Shown: one piece after another, positions 1 through 8,366 of the stretch
Position numbering within the stretch: position 1 is the stretch's first letter
How the letters are laid out: each line of letters starts with the position of its first letter
Assembly: GCA_900617105.1 (NCBI GenBank)
Contig: UYFQ01000082.1
Location: forward strand, 1-37,566
From: Hydrurus foetidus
Lineage: Eukaryota
Length of the DNA: 37,566 bases
Direction of reading: 5' to 3'
Notes under the pieces: model-generated
What the model was told of the DNA's origin: nothing
What the model saw: the letters and a program-made list of their open reading frames with translations, nothing else
Database searches by the model: none
Program-made: the position numbers and the translations under genes

Positions 1-89
1 CGCAGCTGCGCACGCGGCAGCTGGCGCAGGGCTGCAGGGTCGTCAATGGTGGACAGCAAGGACGAGGGGGTCAGATGGGTAGAGGGCAT
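1..89 (-). CDS. dxs: 1-deoxy-D-xylulose-5-phosphate synthase, 5' end only (runs off window)
   Basis: Manual translation from ATG at 89: MPSTHLTPSSLLSTIDDPAALRQLPRAQL, a typical Dxs N-terminus (LLxTIDDPxxLRxL); sits in the canonical xseB-ispA-dxs order. Confidence 0.88.
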   Translation of the reverse strand, partial: MPSTHLTPSSLLSTIDDPAALRQLPRAQL

Positions 90-90
90 T

Positions 91-155
91 TGCTATCTTT
101 TTAGTAGCTGCTTGCGCATATTATTCGGGGGCTAGAGGCCTATTTGACTCTTAAA
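91..155 (+). repeat. ~65-bp dispersed element, copy 1 (intergenic ispA-dxs)
   Basis: TGCTATCTTTTTAGTAGCTGCTTGCGCATATTATTCGGGGGCTAGAGGCCTATTTGACTCTTAAA; aligns without gaps to copies at 11475, 13326, 21068(-) and 28968(-). Confidence 0.85.
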
Positions 156-157
156 GC

Positions 158-1111
158 CTAGCTTGCGCGGTGCACCACCATGCCGGCCAGCGCCTGCAGG
201 GCACGGGTGTCAGCCAGGCCACTAGCCTGCAGCGCATCCAGCGCCTGTTGCAACAGCTGGGCCGCATAGGCCTGGCTGGCAGCCAGCCCCATCAGCGACA
301 CATAGGTGGGTTTGTCATTGTCGGCGTCTTTGCCTGCGGTCTTGCCCAGCGTAACCGAGTCGGCGGTCACGTCCAGAATATCATCCACCACCTGAAACGC
401 CAGGCCAATGGCCGCGCCATAGGCCTCAAGGCCCTTCAAGGCCTGCGCCGAGGGGGTGGCGCAGTGCGCGCCCATGACCACACTGCCCTGCAGCAGCGCG
501 CCGGTCTTGAGCTGGTGCATCTCGCGCAGTTGGCTCTCCGTCAGCGGCAGGCCCACGCTGGCCAGGTCGATGGCCTGGCCGCCGGCCATGCCCGCGCTGC
601 CTGCGGCACGCGCCAGCAGCCCACACAGGCGCGCTTGCACGGTGCAGGGCACCGAGTCGTCCTGCGGCGTCAAAAACTCAAACGCCAGGGCCTGCAGCGC
701 GTCACCGGCCAGCAAGGCACTGGCCTCGCCAAACTGCACATGCACCGTGGGCTTGCCCCGGCGCAACACATCGTTGTCCATGCAAGGCATGTCGTCGTGC
801 ACCAGCGAATAGGCGTGGATCAGCTCTACCGCGCAGGCCGCGCGCAGGGCGGCGGCGGGGCAGCCATGGCCATCGGCTGCCACGGCTTCGTGGGCGGCCA
901 GCACCAGCAGCGGGCGCAGGCGCTTGCCACCGTCGAGCACGGAGTAGCGCATGGCCTCCACCAGCGCGGCGGGCGCGCCATGGTCCACGCCCTGGGGCGC
1001 ATCGGCGGTAATCCAGGTTTCCAGCGCGCGTTCCACCTGGTTCAGGCGTTCGCGGCTCCAACCGTCCAAGTCAAACGAGTCCACGGGCGGGCGGGCAAGG
1101 GCGGCGTGCAT
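158..1111 (-). CDS. ispA: Farnesyl diphosphate synthase / geranyltranstransferase
   Basis: GGKRLRP, SLVHDDMPCMD (FARM), RRGKPT, KTGAL, FQVVDDILD (SARM); TGATG overlap with the xseB stop. Confidence 0.95.
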   Translation of the reverse strand: MHAALARPPVDSFDLDGWSRERLNQVERALETWITADAPQGVDHGAPAALVEAMRYSVLDGGKRLRPLLVLAAHEAVAADGHGCPAAALRAACAVELIHAYSLVHDDMPCMDNDVLRRGKPTVHVQFGEASALLAGDALQALAFEFLTPQDDSVPCTVQARLCGLLARAAGSAGMAGGQAIDLASVGLPLTESQLREMHQLKTGALLQGSVVMGAHCATPSAQALKGLEAYGAAIGLAFQVVDDILDVTADSVTLGKTAGKDADNDKPTYVSLMGLAASQAYAAQLLQQALDALQASGLADTRALQALAGMVVHRAS

Positions 1112-1372
1112 CAGGCTTTCCAGGGTTTCAGGGCGCCGTCGTCCAGCACCTTGATTTGATCTTCCACGGCCTGCAGCTTGTCGCGGCAGAACGGCAGCAG
1201 CGCCGCGCCCCGCTGGTAACCGCTCAGCACCTGGTCAAGCGGCATTTGGCCCGACTCCAAGGCGCGACCAGGCGCTCCAGTTCTTGCAAAGCGGTTCGTA
1301 GCTCGCGGGCGGGGTGGGCCTGCATGAACGAAGGGGCGTTGGCAGCGGGATAGAAGACAACGGCGCTGGCAT
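1111..1372 (-). CDS. xseB: Exodeoxyribonuclease VII small subunit (apparent frameshifts; start approximate)
   Basis: Frames stitched by hand give PPASYE(A)[58 protein letters not shown]; needs single-base corrections near ~1262 and ~1294. Confidence 0.85.
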
Positions 1373-1547
1373 TGGGCAAAGCAGGCGTTGCGGTGAGTAG
1401 GTCATTTTAGGCCCATAGGCCAAGCCCCTATCGCCTCCGGCCTCCCGCTTTTGCCCCGATGGTTCGGTTTCTTTTCGCCTCTTTGCGCACCCTCCGTGCG
1501 TACCGTCAGCGCATTTCCCTGTGGGGAGCTTCAGGGTCAGGTAGCCC

Positions 1548-2707
1548 ATGTCTGATTTAAGTCTTCAATTGCAACAGGCTCACTGCCAACTGCCCGTTTC
1601 CAGTTATTTTGATGAGGCGCTCTACTCGCGTGAGCTGGCGACCCTCTTCAAATCCGGCCCTCGCTATGTGGGCCATGAACTGGCTGTGCCCGAGATAGGC
1701 GACTACTGCACGCTCTCGCACGAGGGCGATGGCCGTGCTTTGGTGCGCACGCCGCAGGGCGTGGAGCTGATCTCCAACGTCTGCCGCCACCGCCAAGCCG
1801 TGATTTTGAAAGGGCGCGGCAAGCTACCGGCCTCCACGAACAGATGAGCGGCAACATCGTCTGTCCGCTGCACCGCTGGACTTACGACAGCCACGGCCAG
1901 TTGATTGGTGCGCCGCACTTCCCTAAAGACCCCTGCCTGAACCTCAACAACTACCCGCTGCAAGCGTGGAACGGTCTGTTGTTTGAAGCAGGACTGCCAG
2001 GCCCCTCCGGTAGCCACCGCAACATCGCTGCCGAATTGGCCAACATCGGCCCCCGTGCCGACCTCGATTTCACCGGCTACGCCCTGGACCGCGTGGAGCT
2101 GCACGAGTGCAACTACAACTGGAAGACCTTCATCGAGGTCTATTTAGAGGATTACCACGTCGGCCCCTTCCACCCCGGCCTGGGCCAGTTTGTCAGCTGC
2201 GAAGACCTGCAATGGCAGTTTGATGACCACTTCTCGGTGCAAACCGTGGGCATCAAAAAAGGCGAAGCCAACCGTTTGGGCCGCGCCGGTAGCCCGGTGT
2301 ACCAGCGTTGGCACGAAGCGCTCGCCAAATACAGCAACAACGTGGCCCCCAAGCACGGCGCGATTTGGCTCACCTACTACCCGCACATCATGGTGGAGTG
2401 GTATCCGCATGTGCTGACCGTTTCTACCCTGCACCCCATCAGCCCGCAAAAGACGCTGAACAAAGTGGAGTTCTACTACCCTGAAGAGATCGTCGCCTTT
2501 GAGCGCGAATTCGTCGAGGCCCAGCAAGCCGCCTACATGGAAACCTGCATCGAAGACGACGAAATCGCCGAACGCATGGATGCAGGCCGCAAAGCACTGC
2601 TCCAACGCGGCGACAACGAAGTCGGCCCCTACCAAAGCCCGATGGAAGACGGTATGCAGCATTTCCATGAGTGGTACCGCCAAGCGATGGGGTCTATCGA
2701 GTCCTGA
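1548..2707 (+). CDS. Rieske non-heme iron oxygenase alpha subunit (one gene split by a frameshift near ~1835-1845); candidate putrescine 2-hydroxylase
   Basis: The Rieske motif is split between ORFs 1548..1847 (NVCRH) and 1844..2707 (CPLHRW); catalytic NWK..E.YH...H motif; divergent from xseB. Confidence 0.85.
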
Positions 2708-2729
2708 TGCACGCCAGGAAGCTCCCAAA

Positions 2730-2795
2730 AGCTCCTGATTTGATAGCTTATCCAGCCCATCCAATAAGCTCATAAGCCCATTTTTATCCTGTAAA
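2730..2795 (+). repeat. ~65-bp dispersed element, copy 2 (degenerate; intergenic before DMT gene)
   Basis: GCTCCTGATTTGATAGCT keeps the GCT-N11-AGC left half and the distal T-tract/TAAA end; the middle aligns poorly. Confidence 0.5.
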
Positions 2796-2798
2796 TTT

Positions 2799-3671
2799 AT
2801 GCAAGCCTTTGGATGTTGCTCGCCGTTTTTGTTTGCCATGGGCGTGTGCATCAAGTACGCGGCCAGCAGCTTCAACAGCATGGAGCTGGTGTTCTACCGG
2901 GGTGTGATCGGTGTTTTCTTCATGTTCGGCTTGGCCCGCCTGCGCGGCGTGAAGCTCTCTACCCAGTACCCATGGATGCACATCTGGCGCAGCCTGATTG
3001 GTGTGCTATCGCTCAGCGCCTGGTTCTACGCCCTCGCCCACCTGCCCCTGGCAACCGCCATGACGCTGAACTACATGAGCAGCGTCTGGATTGCCGCCTT
3101 CCTCGTCGGTGGCGCCTTGCTGCTCGGGCGCGGTCAAGCCCAAGGCCCCTTGGTGATGACGGTGCTGGCTGGCTTCGCTGGGGTGGTGCTGCTGTTGCAC
3201 CCCACCGTAGACCAAAACCAAGCTTTCGCAGGCTTGCTGGGCCTGCTGTCAGGCATCGGTGCTGCCTTCGCCTACATGCAGGTGATGGCGCTGGGCAAAA
3301 TCGGTGAACCCGACGAGCGCACCGTGTTTTACTTTGCCGTGGGCACCGTGATCGCTGGCTTGATCGGCATGGCCGGCGTGGGAGTATCTGGCTGGAGCTG
3401 GCAAGGTGCCGTATGGCTGCTGCCGATTGGCTTGCTGGCATCTGCTGGGCAACTGTGCATGACACGCGCCTACAGCCGAGGCTCCACGCTGGTGGTGGCC
3501 AGCTTGCAGTACTCTGGCATCGTGTTTTCGGCCATCTACAGCCTGCTGCTGTTCGGCGACCAGATACCCGCCATGGGTTGGGCGGGCATGGGCTTGATCG
3601 TCACCAGCGGTGTCGCCGCCACCATTCTGCGCGCCCGCGCTGTGCCGGATGCCCCGGCGGAAGAGCATTGA
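2799..3671 (+). CDS. EamA/DMT family transporter
   Basis: About 10 hydrophobic segments with an EamA-repeat pattern; the first ~10 codons look frameshifted relative to the expected MQALWMLLA... Confidence 0.85.
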   Translation: MQAFGCCSPFLFAMGVCIKYAASSFNSMELVFYRGVIGVFFMFGLARLRGVKLSTQYPWMHIWRSLIGVLSLSAWFYALAHLPLATAMTLNYMSSVWIAAFLVGGALLLGRGQAQGPLVMTVLAGFAGVVLLLHPTVDQNQAFAGLLGLLSGIGAAFAYMQVMALGKIGEPDERTVFYFAVGTVIAGLIGMAGVGVSGWSWQGAVWLLPIGLLASAGQLCMTRAYSRGSTLVVASLQYSGIVFSAIYSLLLFGDQIPAMGWAGMGLIVTSGVAATILRARAVPDAPAEEH

Positions 3672-3798
3672 TTCAAGGCTGGCAGCAGCAAGCCATGCTT
3701 GGTGGTCGCCTCTTTATGCTAGGCTTCAGCATTGCGGCAAGTTGTTCCTCGAAGCGAGTCACCGCCAAATAGCGGGCCTTCCATGCGCGATGACCCCC

Positions 3799-5874
3799 TC
3801 ATTCAGCGTGCTGCAACAACGCCTCAAACGCTTCAATCGGCAAGGGCTTAGCGAAAAAATAACCCTGAAACCGTTGGCAACCCTTTTGCATCAGCATGTC
3901 GCGCTGCACCTGCGTTTCAACGCCTTCGGCGATCACTTCAAGGCCCAGCGCCTGGCCCATGGCAATAGTGGCGCGAACGATGACTGAGGCGGATGCATCA
4001 ATACCGAGCTGGCCCACAAACGACTGGTCGATTTTTAGCTCGCTCAGCGGCAGCTTCATGAGACTGGCCAGCGACGAGTAGCCTGTACCAAAGTCATCCA
4101 TCGAAAAACTTACGCCCAATGTTTTGAGGGCATTCATTTTGCCAATGGCATCGGGCACATCGAGCATCATGCTTTCTGTGACCTCCAAAATCAGCTTGGT
4201 CGCATCGATGGCGCTGGCGCTGAGTTCCTGCTGCACGCTCGCCAAAAAATTGTCTCGCCGGTACTGGCGTGCACTCACATTCACCGCCAGGCACAAATGG
4301 CGGGTCACAGGCATGCTCTCCCACGCTTTCAGTTGCGCGCAAGCGGTTTGCAGAACCCACAGCCCAATCGGGACGATCAGGTCGGTTTCTTCGGCCACGG
4401 CCATGAACTCGCCCGGCGACACCAGACCGCGCTCGGGATGCTGCCAACGCAGCAGAGCCTCGACCGACACAATCTGCCCCTGCAGATCCACTTGCGGCTG
4501 GTAGAACAGTCTGAATTGATGCAAATCCAGCGCGCGGCGCAAGTCATTTTCCAGAGCAGCGAGCGCAGTCACTTGCACCTGCATGTCCGGGTCGAAGAAA
4601 CACAGCTTGTTGCGTCCACCCGCCTTGGACTTGTACATGGCCAGATCGGCGTGCTGAAGCAAGTTAGACGCGGACACCGCGTCAACGAAAACTTCTATGC
4701 CGATGCTTGCAGTGCAGTGAAAATTAAAGGCGCCCAATTGATACGGTTGGGCCAGCGACGCGAGTATCTTTTCAGCCACGTGACTTGCTTGCGCTGCAGA
4801 CTCCAGATCTTGTACGTCCAGACCATCGAGTAACACCACAAACTCGTCGCCACCCAAACGCGCCACGGTGTCACCAGCGCGTACGGCAGCGCGCAAACGC
4901 CGTGCCACTTCAACCAGCACCACGTCACCGGTCTCGTGGCCACGCGTGTCGTTGATCGCCTTGAAGTGATCCAGATCCACATACATGATGGCACCATACA
5001 GCCCGTTGCGCTTGCACGTTGCAAGTGTTTGGTCCATGCGGTCCAGTAGCAGGCGGCGGTTGGGAAGCTGGGTGAGTGGATCAAAATACGCCAACTGGAG
5101 CAACTTCGCTTGATCTGCCTTGGAGGCAGTAATGTCGATAAAGCTGCCAATGTAATGGGTTACGGTACCTGCGGTATCGACCACGCTCGACATGCTGAGC
5201 CACTCGGGGAAGATAACGCCATCCTTGCGTTTATCCCAGACTTCGCCCTGCCAGCGCCCATGCTGTTTCAGCGTCGCCCACATCGCCTGATAAAACGCCG
5301 CATCGTGGTGCCCGGAGTGAAGTAGGTGCACGTTCTGACCAACCACTTCCTGGGCGCTGTAGCCGGTCAATTCCGTGAAGGCATGGTTGACTTGCAGAAT
5401 GATCTGATTGCGGTCGGTGATGAACATGCCGCTGAGCGACTCGAACGCGGTTGCTGCCACCAACTGCTGGGTTTTGCTTTGCCTGCTTTCACGCCTGTCA
5501 AAAATCACGGCGCGGCGCTTGAGCAGGCTGCCCGACGCATCGGCAAATCCGACCGAGCTGAGCGCGATCGGCATGCTGGTTCCGTCACGGCGCACCAACT
5601 CCAGTTCCAGGTCTGCAATCACGTTGGTCAGACCCTCAGTTGGCAGATGTTTGCGACACAGCACCTGGCTGTCCGGTGTCAGAAAATCGATAAATTTTTT
5701 CTTACCAACAATTTCATCCCGGCTATAACCCAACCAGGACAGTTCGAGCGAATTGATGTGCAGGTAGATGCCTTGCGCGTCGAGGGCATGACTGCCAAAG
5801 GGCACGTTCTCGTACAGATGGTGGATTTCATCTTCCAGCGTGCCGAGCTTTTCAGCTACCCGCGTCACATCCAT
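3799..5874 (-). CDS. PAS-PAS-GGDEF-EAL c-di-GMP signalling protein
   Basis: Two PAS/PAC domains (LGYSRDEIVGK; FTELTGYSAQEVVGQ..WQGEVW), RxxD I-site (RAGD) plus GGDEF, EALLRW, DDFGTGYSS; ATG 5874 preceded by GGAG. Confidence 0.93.
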   Translation of the reverse strand: MDVTRVAEKLGTLEDEIHHLYENVPFGSHALDAQGIYLHINSLELSWLGYSRDEIVGKKKFIDFLTPDSQVLCRKHLPTEGLTNVIADLELELVRRDGTSMPIALSSVGFADASGSLLKRRAVIFDRRESRQSKTQQLVAATAFESLSGMFITDRNQIILQVNHAFTELTGYSAQEVVGQNVHLLHSGHHDAAFYQAMWATLKQHGRWQGEVWDKRKDGVIFPEWLSMSSVVDTAGTVTHYIGSFIDITASKADQAKLLQLAYFDPLTQLPNRRLLLDRMDQTLATCKRNGLYGAIMYVDLDHFKAINDTRGHETGDVVLVEVARRLRAAVRAGDTVARLGGDEFVVLLDGLDVQDLESAAQASHVAEKILASLAQPYQLGAFNFHCTASIGIEVFVDAVSASNLLQHADLAMYKSKAGGRNKLCFFDPDMQVQVTALAALENDLRRALDLHQFRLFYQPQVDLQGQIVSVEALLRWQHPERGLVSPGEFMAVAEETDLIVPIGLWVLQTACAQLKAWESMPVTRHLCLAVNVSARQYRRDNFLASVQQELSASAIDATKLILEVTESMMLDVPDAIGKMNALKTLGVSFSMDDFGTGYSSLASLMKLPLSELKIDQSFVGQLGIDASASVIVRATIAMGQALGLEVIAEGVETQVQRDMLMQKGCQRFQGYFFAKPLPIEAFEALLQHAE

Positions 5875-5948
5875 GGCGTTCTCCACATCCGACAGACAGT
5901 CTGCGGGGGGGGGCTCATGGCGCGTGGGCGTGGCACGGACCGTGGGCG

Positions 5949-6437
5949 CTATTTTCTGAGCGACCTGGCGACCGCTGCTGCATCAAGGGCCAATTTGGCT
6001 GCGGCTGCAGCGGCGGAAGTGGCCCGTGCAGTGGCTGCGGCTGCCTGGCTGGAAGCCTGCACAGCCGTCTCTTCGGCCTGAAAGGCTGCTGCGGCCGCTG
6101 CCGCTGAGGCTGCCGCCGATGCGGCAGCAGCAGACTCTGCCGCCGCCAAAGCAGCAAACCCGGCCGCCTCGGCCGCCGCTTCTGCGGCCTCGATCACCGG
6201 CACAGCCGCTGCTGCTGTGGCCGCCAAGGCGGCATTCTTGCAGGCAAGTGCTGATTTTTCGGCCGCAGCCGCCGCACGAATCGCCGCCTCCAGCGTCGAC
6301 GTGGTCAGCCCCTTCATGGACAGCAGTGCCTGGGAGTAGCGTTTGTTGACCACCAGGTAGCCGTCGCGCAGCGTGACAACCTCGCTTTCCAGTTCGGTCA
6401 GCCGTGCGTAAATCTTGTTTTCGATTTCTGAAACCAT
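5949..6437 (-). CDS. Hypothetical alanine-rich helical protein (162 aa)
   Basis: GGAGAG RBS before ATG 6437; coiled-coil-like N-terminus followed by ~110 aa of more than 50% Ala with mixed Ala codons; 74 bp upstream of the GGDEF/EAL gene on the same strand. Confidence 0.75.
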   Translation of the reverse strand: MVSEIENKIYARLTELESEVVTLRDGYLVVNKRYSQALLSMKGLTTSTLEAAIRAAAAAEKSALACKNAALAATAAAAVPVIEAAEAAAEAAGFAALAAAESAAAASAAASAAAAAAAFQAEETAVQASSQAAAATARATSAAAAAAKLALDAAAVARSLRK

Positions 6438-6713
6438 GGTGGCTCTCCAAATTTGCTGCCAAACACCAGTGCGGTTCAGCAGGGTCATGGTTGCGAAGTT
6501 GCAGCGACTGACTCCCTTGCATGCACCATTGTGCTCCTCTTGACAACACGCAGGCAGTTTTGGGTGAGGCTAGGAAGGCAAACGTGAACAGATTCCTTTT
6601 GCTGGCGAAGCAGAGGGCCAATCTCTGCTCAGACGAAGTTATTGCAGTACTTGCGCTGATCATTAGGTGACCGTCAACGTCTGGAATGCAGGCGAATAGA
6701 TAATCACACCACC

Positions 6714-7583
6714 ATGCCCTACACCACCCTGATCTCCGTCGCCCAGCTCCAAGCCCTGCAAGCCAGCGCCACGCCTGCCCTCGTGTTTGACTGCAGCTGT
6801 GACCTGATGCAGCCCGCGCATGGCCCTGCGCAATACGCCGAGGCCCACATTGCCGGCGCGCTGTATGCGCACCTCGACAACAACCTCAGCGCCAAGGGAG
6901 ACCCGGCCGTAACCGGCGCCGCCTCGGGCGGGCGCCATCCCCTGCCCCCTCGCAACACGGTTGCCGCGTGGCTGGGCAGCGTGGGCCTGAAGAATACCGA
7001 CCAGGTAGTGGTCTATGACCGCCAAGGCGCCAACTACTGCGGCCGCCTGTGGTGGATGCTCAAGTGGCTGGGCCATGCCAACGTGGCCGTGCTGGACGGT
7101 GGCTTTCAGGCCTGGCAGGCATCGGGCGGCGCTGTGACCAGCGGCGCCGAGGCGCCCCGCACCGCAACCACCTTTGCGGTGGGTGACCCGCTGGTGACGC
7201 TGGTGGGCGTAGACACTGTGCTGCGCAACCTCGGCAAGGGAACGCAGCACATCATCGACGCACGCGGCGCACCGCGCTTTCGCGGCGAGGTGGAGCCCAT
7301 CGACCCCGTGGCAGGCCACATCCCCGGCGCGCTGAACCGTGTCTTCAGCAGCAACCTGGGGCCAGATGGTTTCTTCAAGCCCGCGGCCCAGCTGCGCGCC
7401 GATTTTGAAGCCCTGCTGGGCCAGCGTGCGCCGCAGGACGTGGTGCACCACTGCGGCAGCGGCGTAAGCGCGGTGCCCAACGTGCTGGCCATGGAAATTG
7501 CCGGGCTGGGCGGCTCTGCCCTGTTTGCCGGCAGCTGGAGCGAGTGGTGCAGCGACCCGAGCCGCCCTGTGGCGCAGGGATGA
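6714..7583 (+). CDS. sseA: Rhodanese-type sulfurtransferase (3-mercaptopyruvate sulfurtransferase-like)
   Basis: Tandem rhodanese domains; GHIPGA; active-site CGSGVSA; C-terminal GSWSEW. Confidence 0.88.
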   Translation: MPYTTLISVAQLQALQASATPALVFDCSCDLMQPAHGPAQYAEAHIAGALYAHLDNNLSAKGDPAVTGAASGGRHPLPPRNTVAAWLGSVGLKNTDQVVVYDRQGANYCGRLWWMLKWLGHANVAVLDGGFQAWQASGGAVTSGAEAPRTATTFAVGDPLVTLVGVDTVLRNLGKGTQHIIDARGAPRFRGEVEPIDPVAGHIPGALNRVFSSNLGPDGFFKPAAQLRADFEALLGQRAPQDVVHHCGSGVSAVPNVLAMEIAGLGGSALFAGSWSEWCSDPSRPVAQG

Positions 7584-7596
7584 GGTGTAAACAGCG

Positions 7597-8175
7597 TTAG
7601 AAGCCCAGGCTGGCGCCCGCGCCCAACAAGGTGGCCAGCCCCAGCAGCGCAAAGATGGCAGCCGCAATGCCGTGCACCAGCTTCATCGGAATGCGCGCAG
7701 CCAGCCGATCGCCCACAAACACCGCGGGCACATCAGCAATCAGCATGCCCAGCGTCGTGCCAATCACCACCAGCACCGGGTTGGGGTAGTGCGCTGCCAT
7801 CGCGATGGTGGCGATCTGCGTCTTGTCGCCCATCTCGGCAAAAAAGAAGGTGATAAAGGTCGCGCCGAACACGCCCAGCTTGCTGGCGATGCGGGTTTCT
7901 TCTTCCTCGATCTTGTCGGGAATCAGGGTCCAGGCCGCCATGCCCAGAAAGGACGCCCCCAGCACCCAGCGCAACACACCGGGGCTCAGCACCGAGGTGA
8001 TCCAGGCGCCCAGCGCACCGGCCAGGCCGTGGTTGAGCACCGTGGCCGCAAAAATGGCGGCAATGATGGGCAGAGGTTTCTTGAAGCGTGCGGCCAGGAT
8101 GAATGCCAGCAGCTGGGTTTTGTCACCGATTTCGGCAAGGGCGACAACACCAGTGGATACGAGAAGAGCGTCCAT
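7597..8175 (-). CDS. UPF0016/TMEM165/GDT1 family Mn2+/Ca2+ exporter
   Basis: Two E-x-G-D-K-T motifs (EIGDKT, EMGDKT); start placed at MDALLVS (8175) downstream of the riboswitch. Confidence 0.92.
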   Translation of the reverse strand: MDALLVSTGVVALAEIGDKTQLLAFILAARFKKPLPIIAAIFAATVLNHGLAGALGAWITSVLSPGVLRWVLGASFLGMAAWTLIPDKIEEEETRIASKLGVFGATFITFFFAEMGDKTQIATIAMAAHYPNPVLVVIGTTLGMLIADVPAVFVGDRLAARIPMKLVHGIAAAIFALLGLATLLGAGASLGF

Positions 8176-8248
8176 GAGAGACAGAGTCCAGGGCCGGTGA
8201 GAAGACAAATGACCACCCTGCTTCCCCGGCCCATGCGGAGGCAAAGTG

Positions 8249-8352
8249 GTCAAAGGTCTTGCCAAGCTGTGAACCGCTTGCGCCAGGGTCGACGGACCCA
8301 GTATGTTGACGCAAGCCTCTTCAGAATGAAGAGCGGCTACTCCCCAATGACG
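8249..8352 (-). ncRNA. yybP-ykoY Mn2+ riboswitch
   Basis: Minus strand reads GGGGAGTAGCC...CGTCAACATAC...TGGCG...GGCAAGACC (family hallmarks) upstream of a UPF0016 gene; TAAAAT -10 box at 8359-8364. Confidence 0.9.
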
Positions 8353-8366
8353 GACGTGATTTTAAC

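Noticed and set aside
91..155. Calling the 65-bp element a MITE/IS end or a terminator
   Set aside because: No terminal inverted repeats, target duplication, strong stem plus U-tract, or transposase are visible.
1380..1547. Riboswitch upstream of the Rieske gene
   Set aside because: Only short hairpins (CGCAC/GTGCG; TCCC/GGGA); no family motif recognised.
5905..5913. G9 tract between the Ala-rich and GGDEF genes
   Set aside because: Intergenic and not between recognisable promoter boxes; a role cannot be supported.
5949..6290. Type I antifreeze protein identity for the Ala-rich ORF
   Set aside because: Composition is similar, but there is no regular 11-residue Thr periodicity and no export signal.
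8176..8265. 30-aa N-terminal extension of the UPF0016 ORF
   Set aside because: It overlaps the riboswitch aptamer and expression platform; the family start is MDALL.
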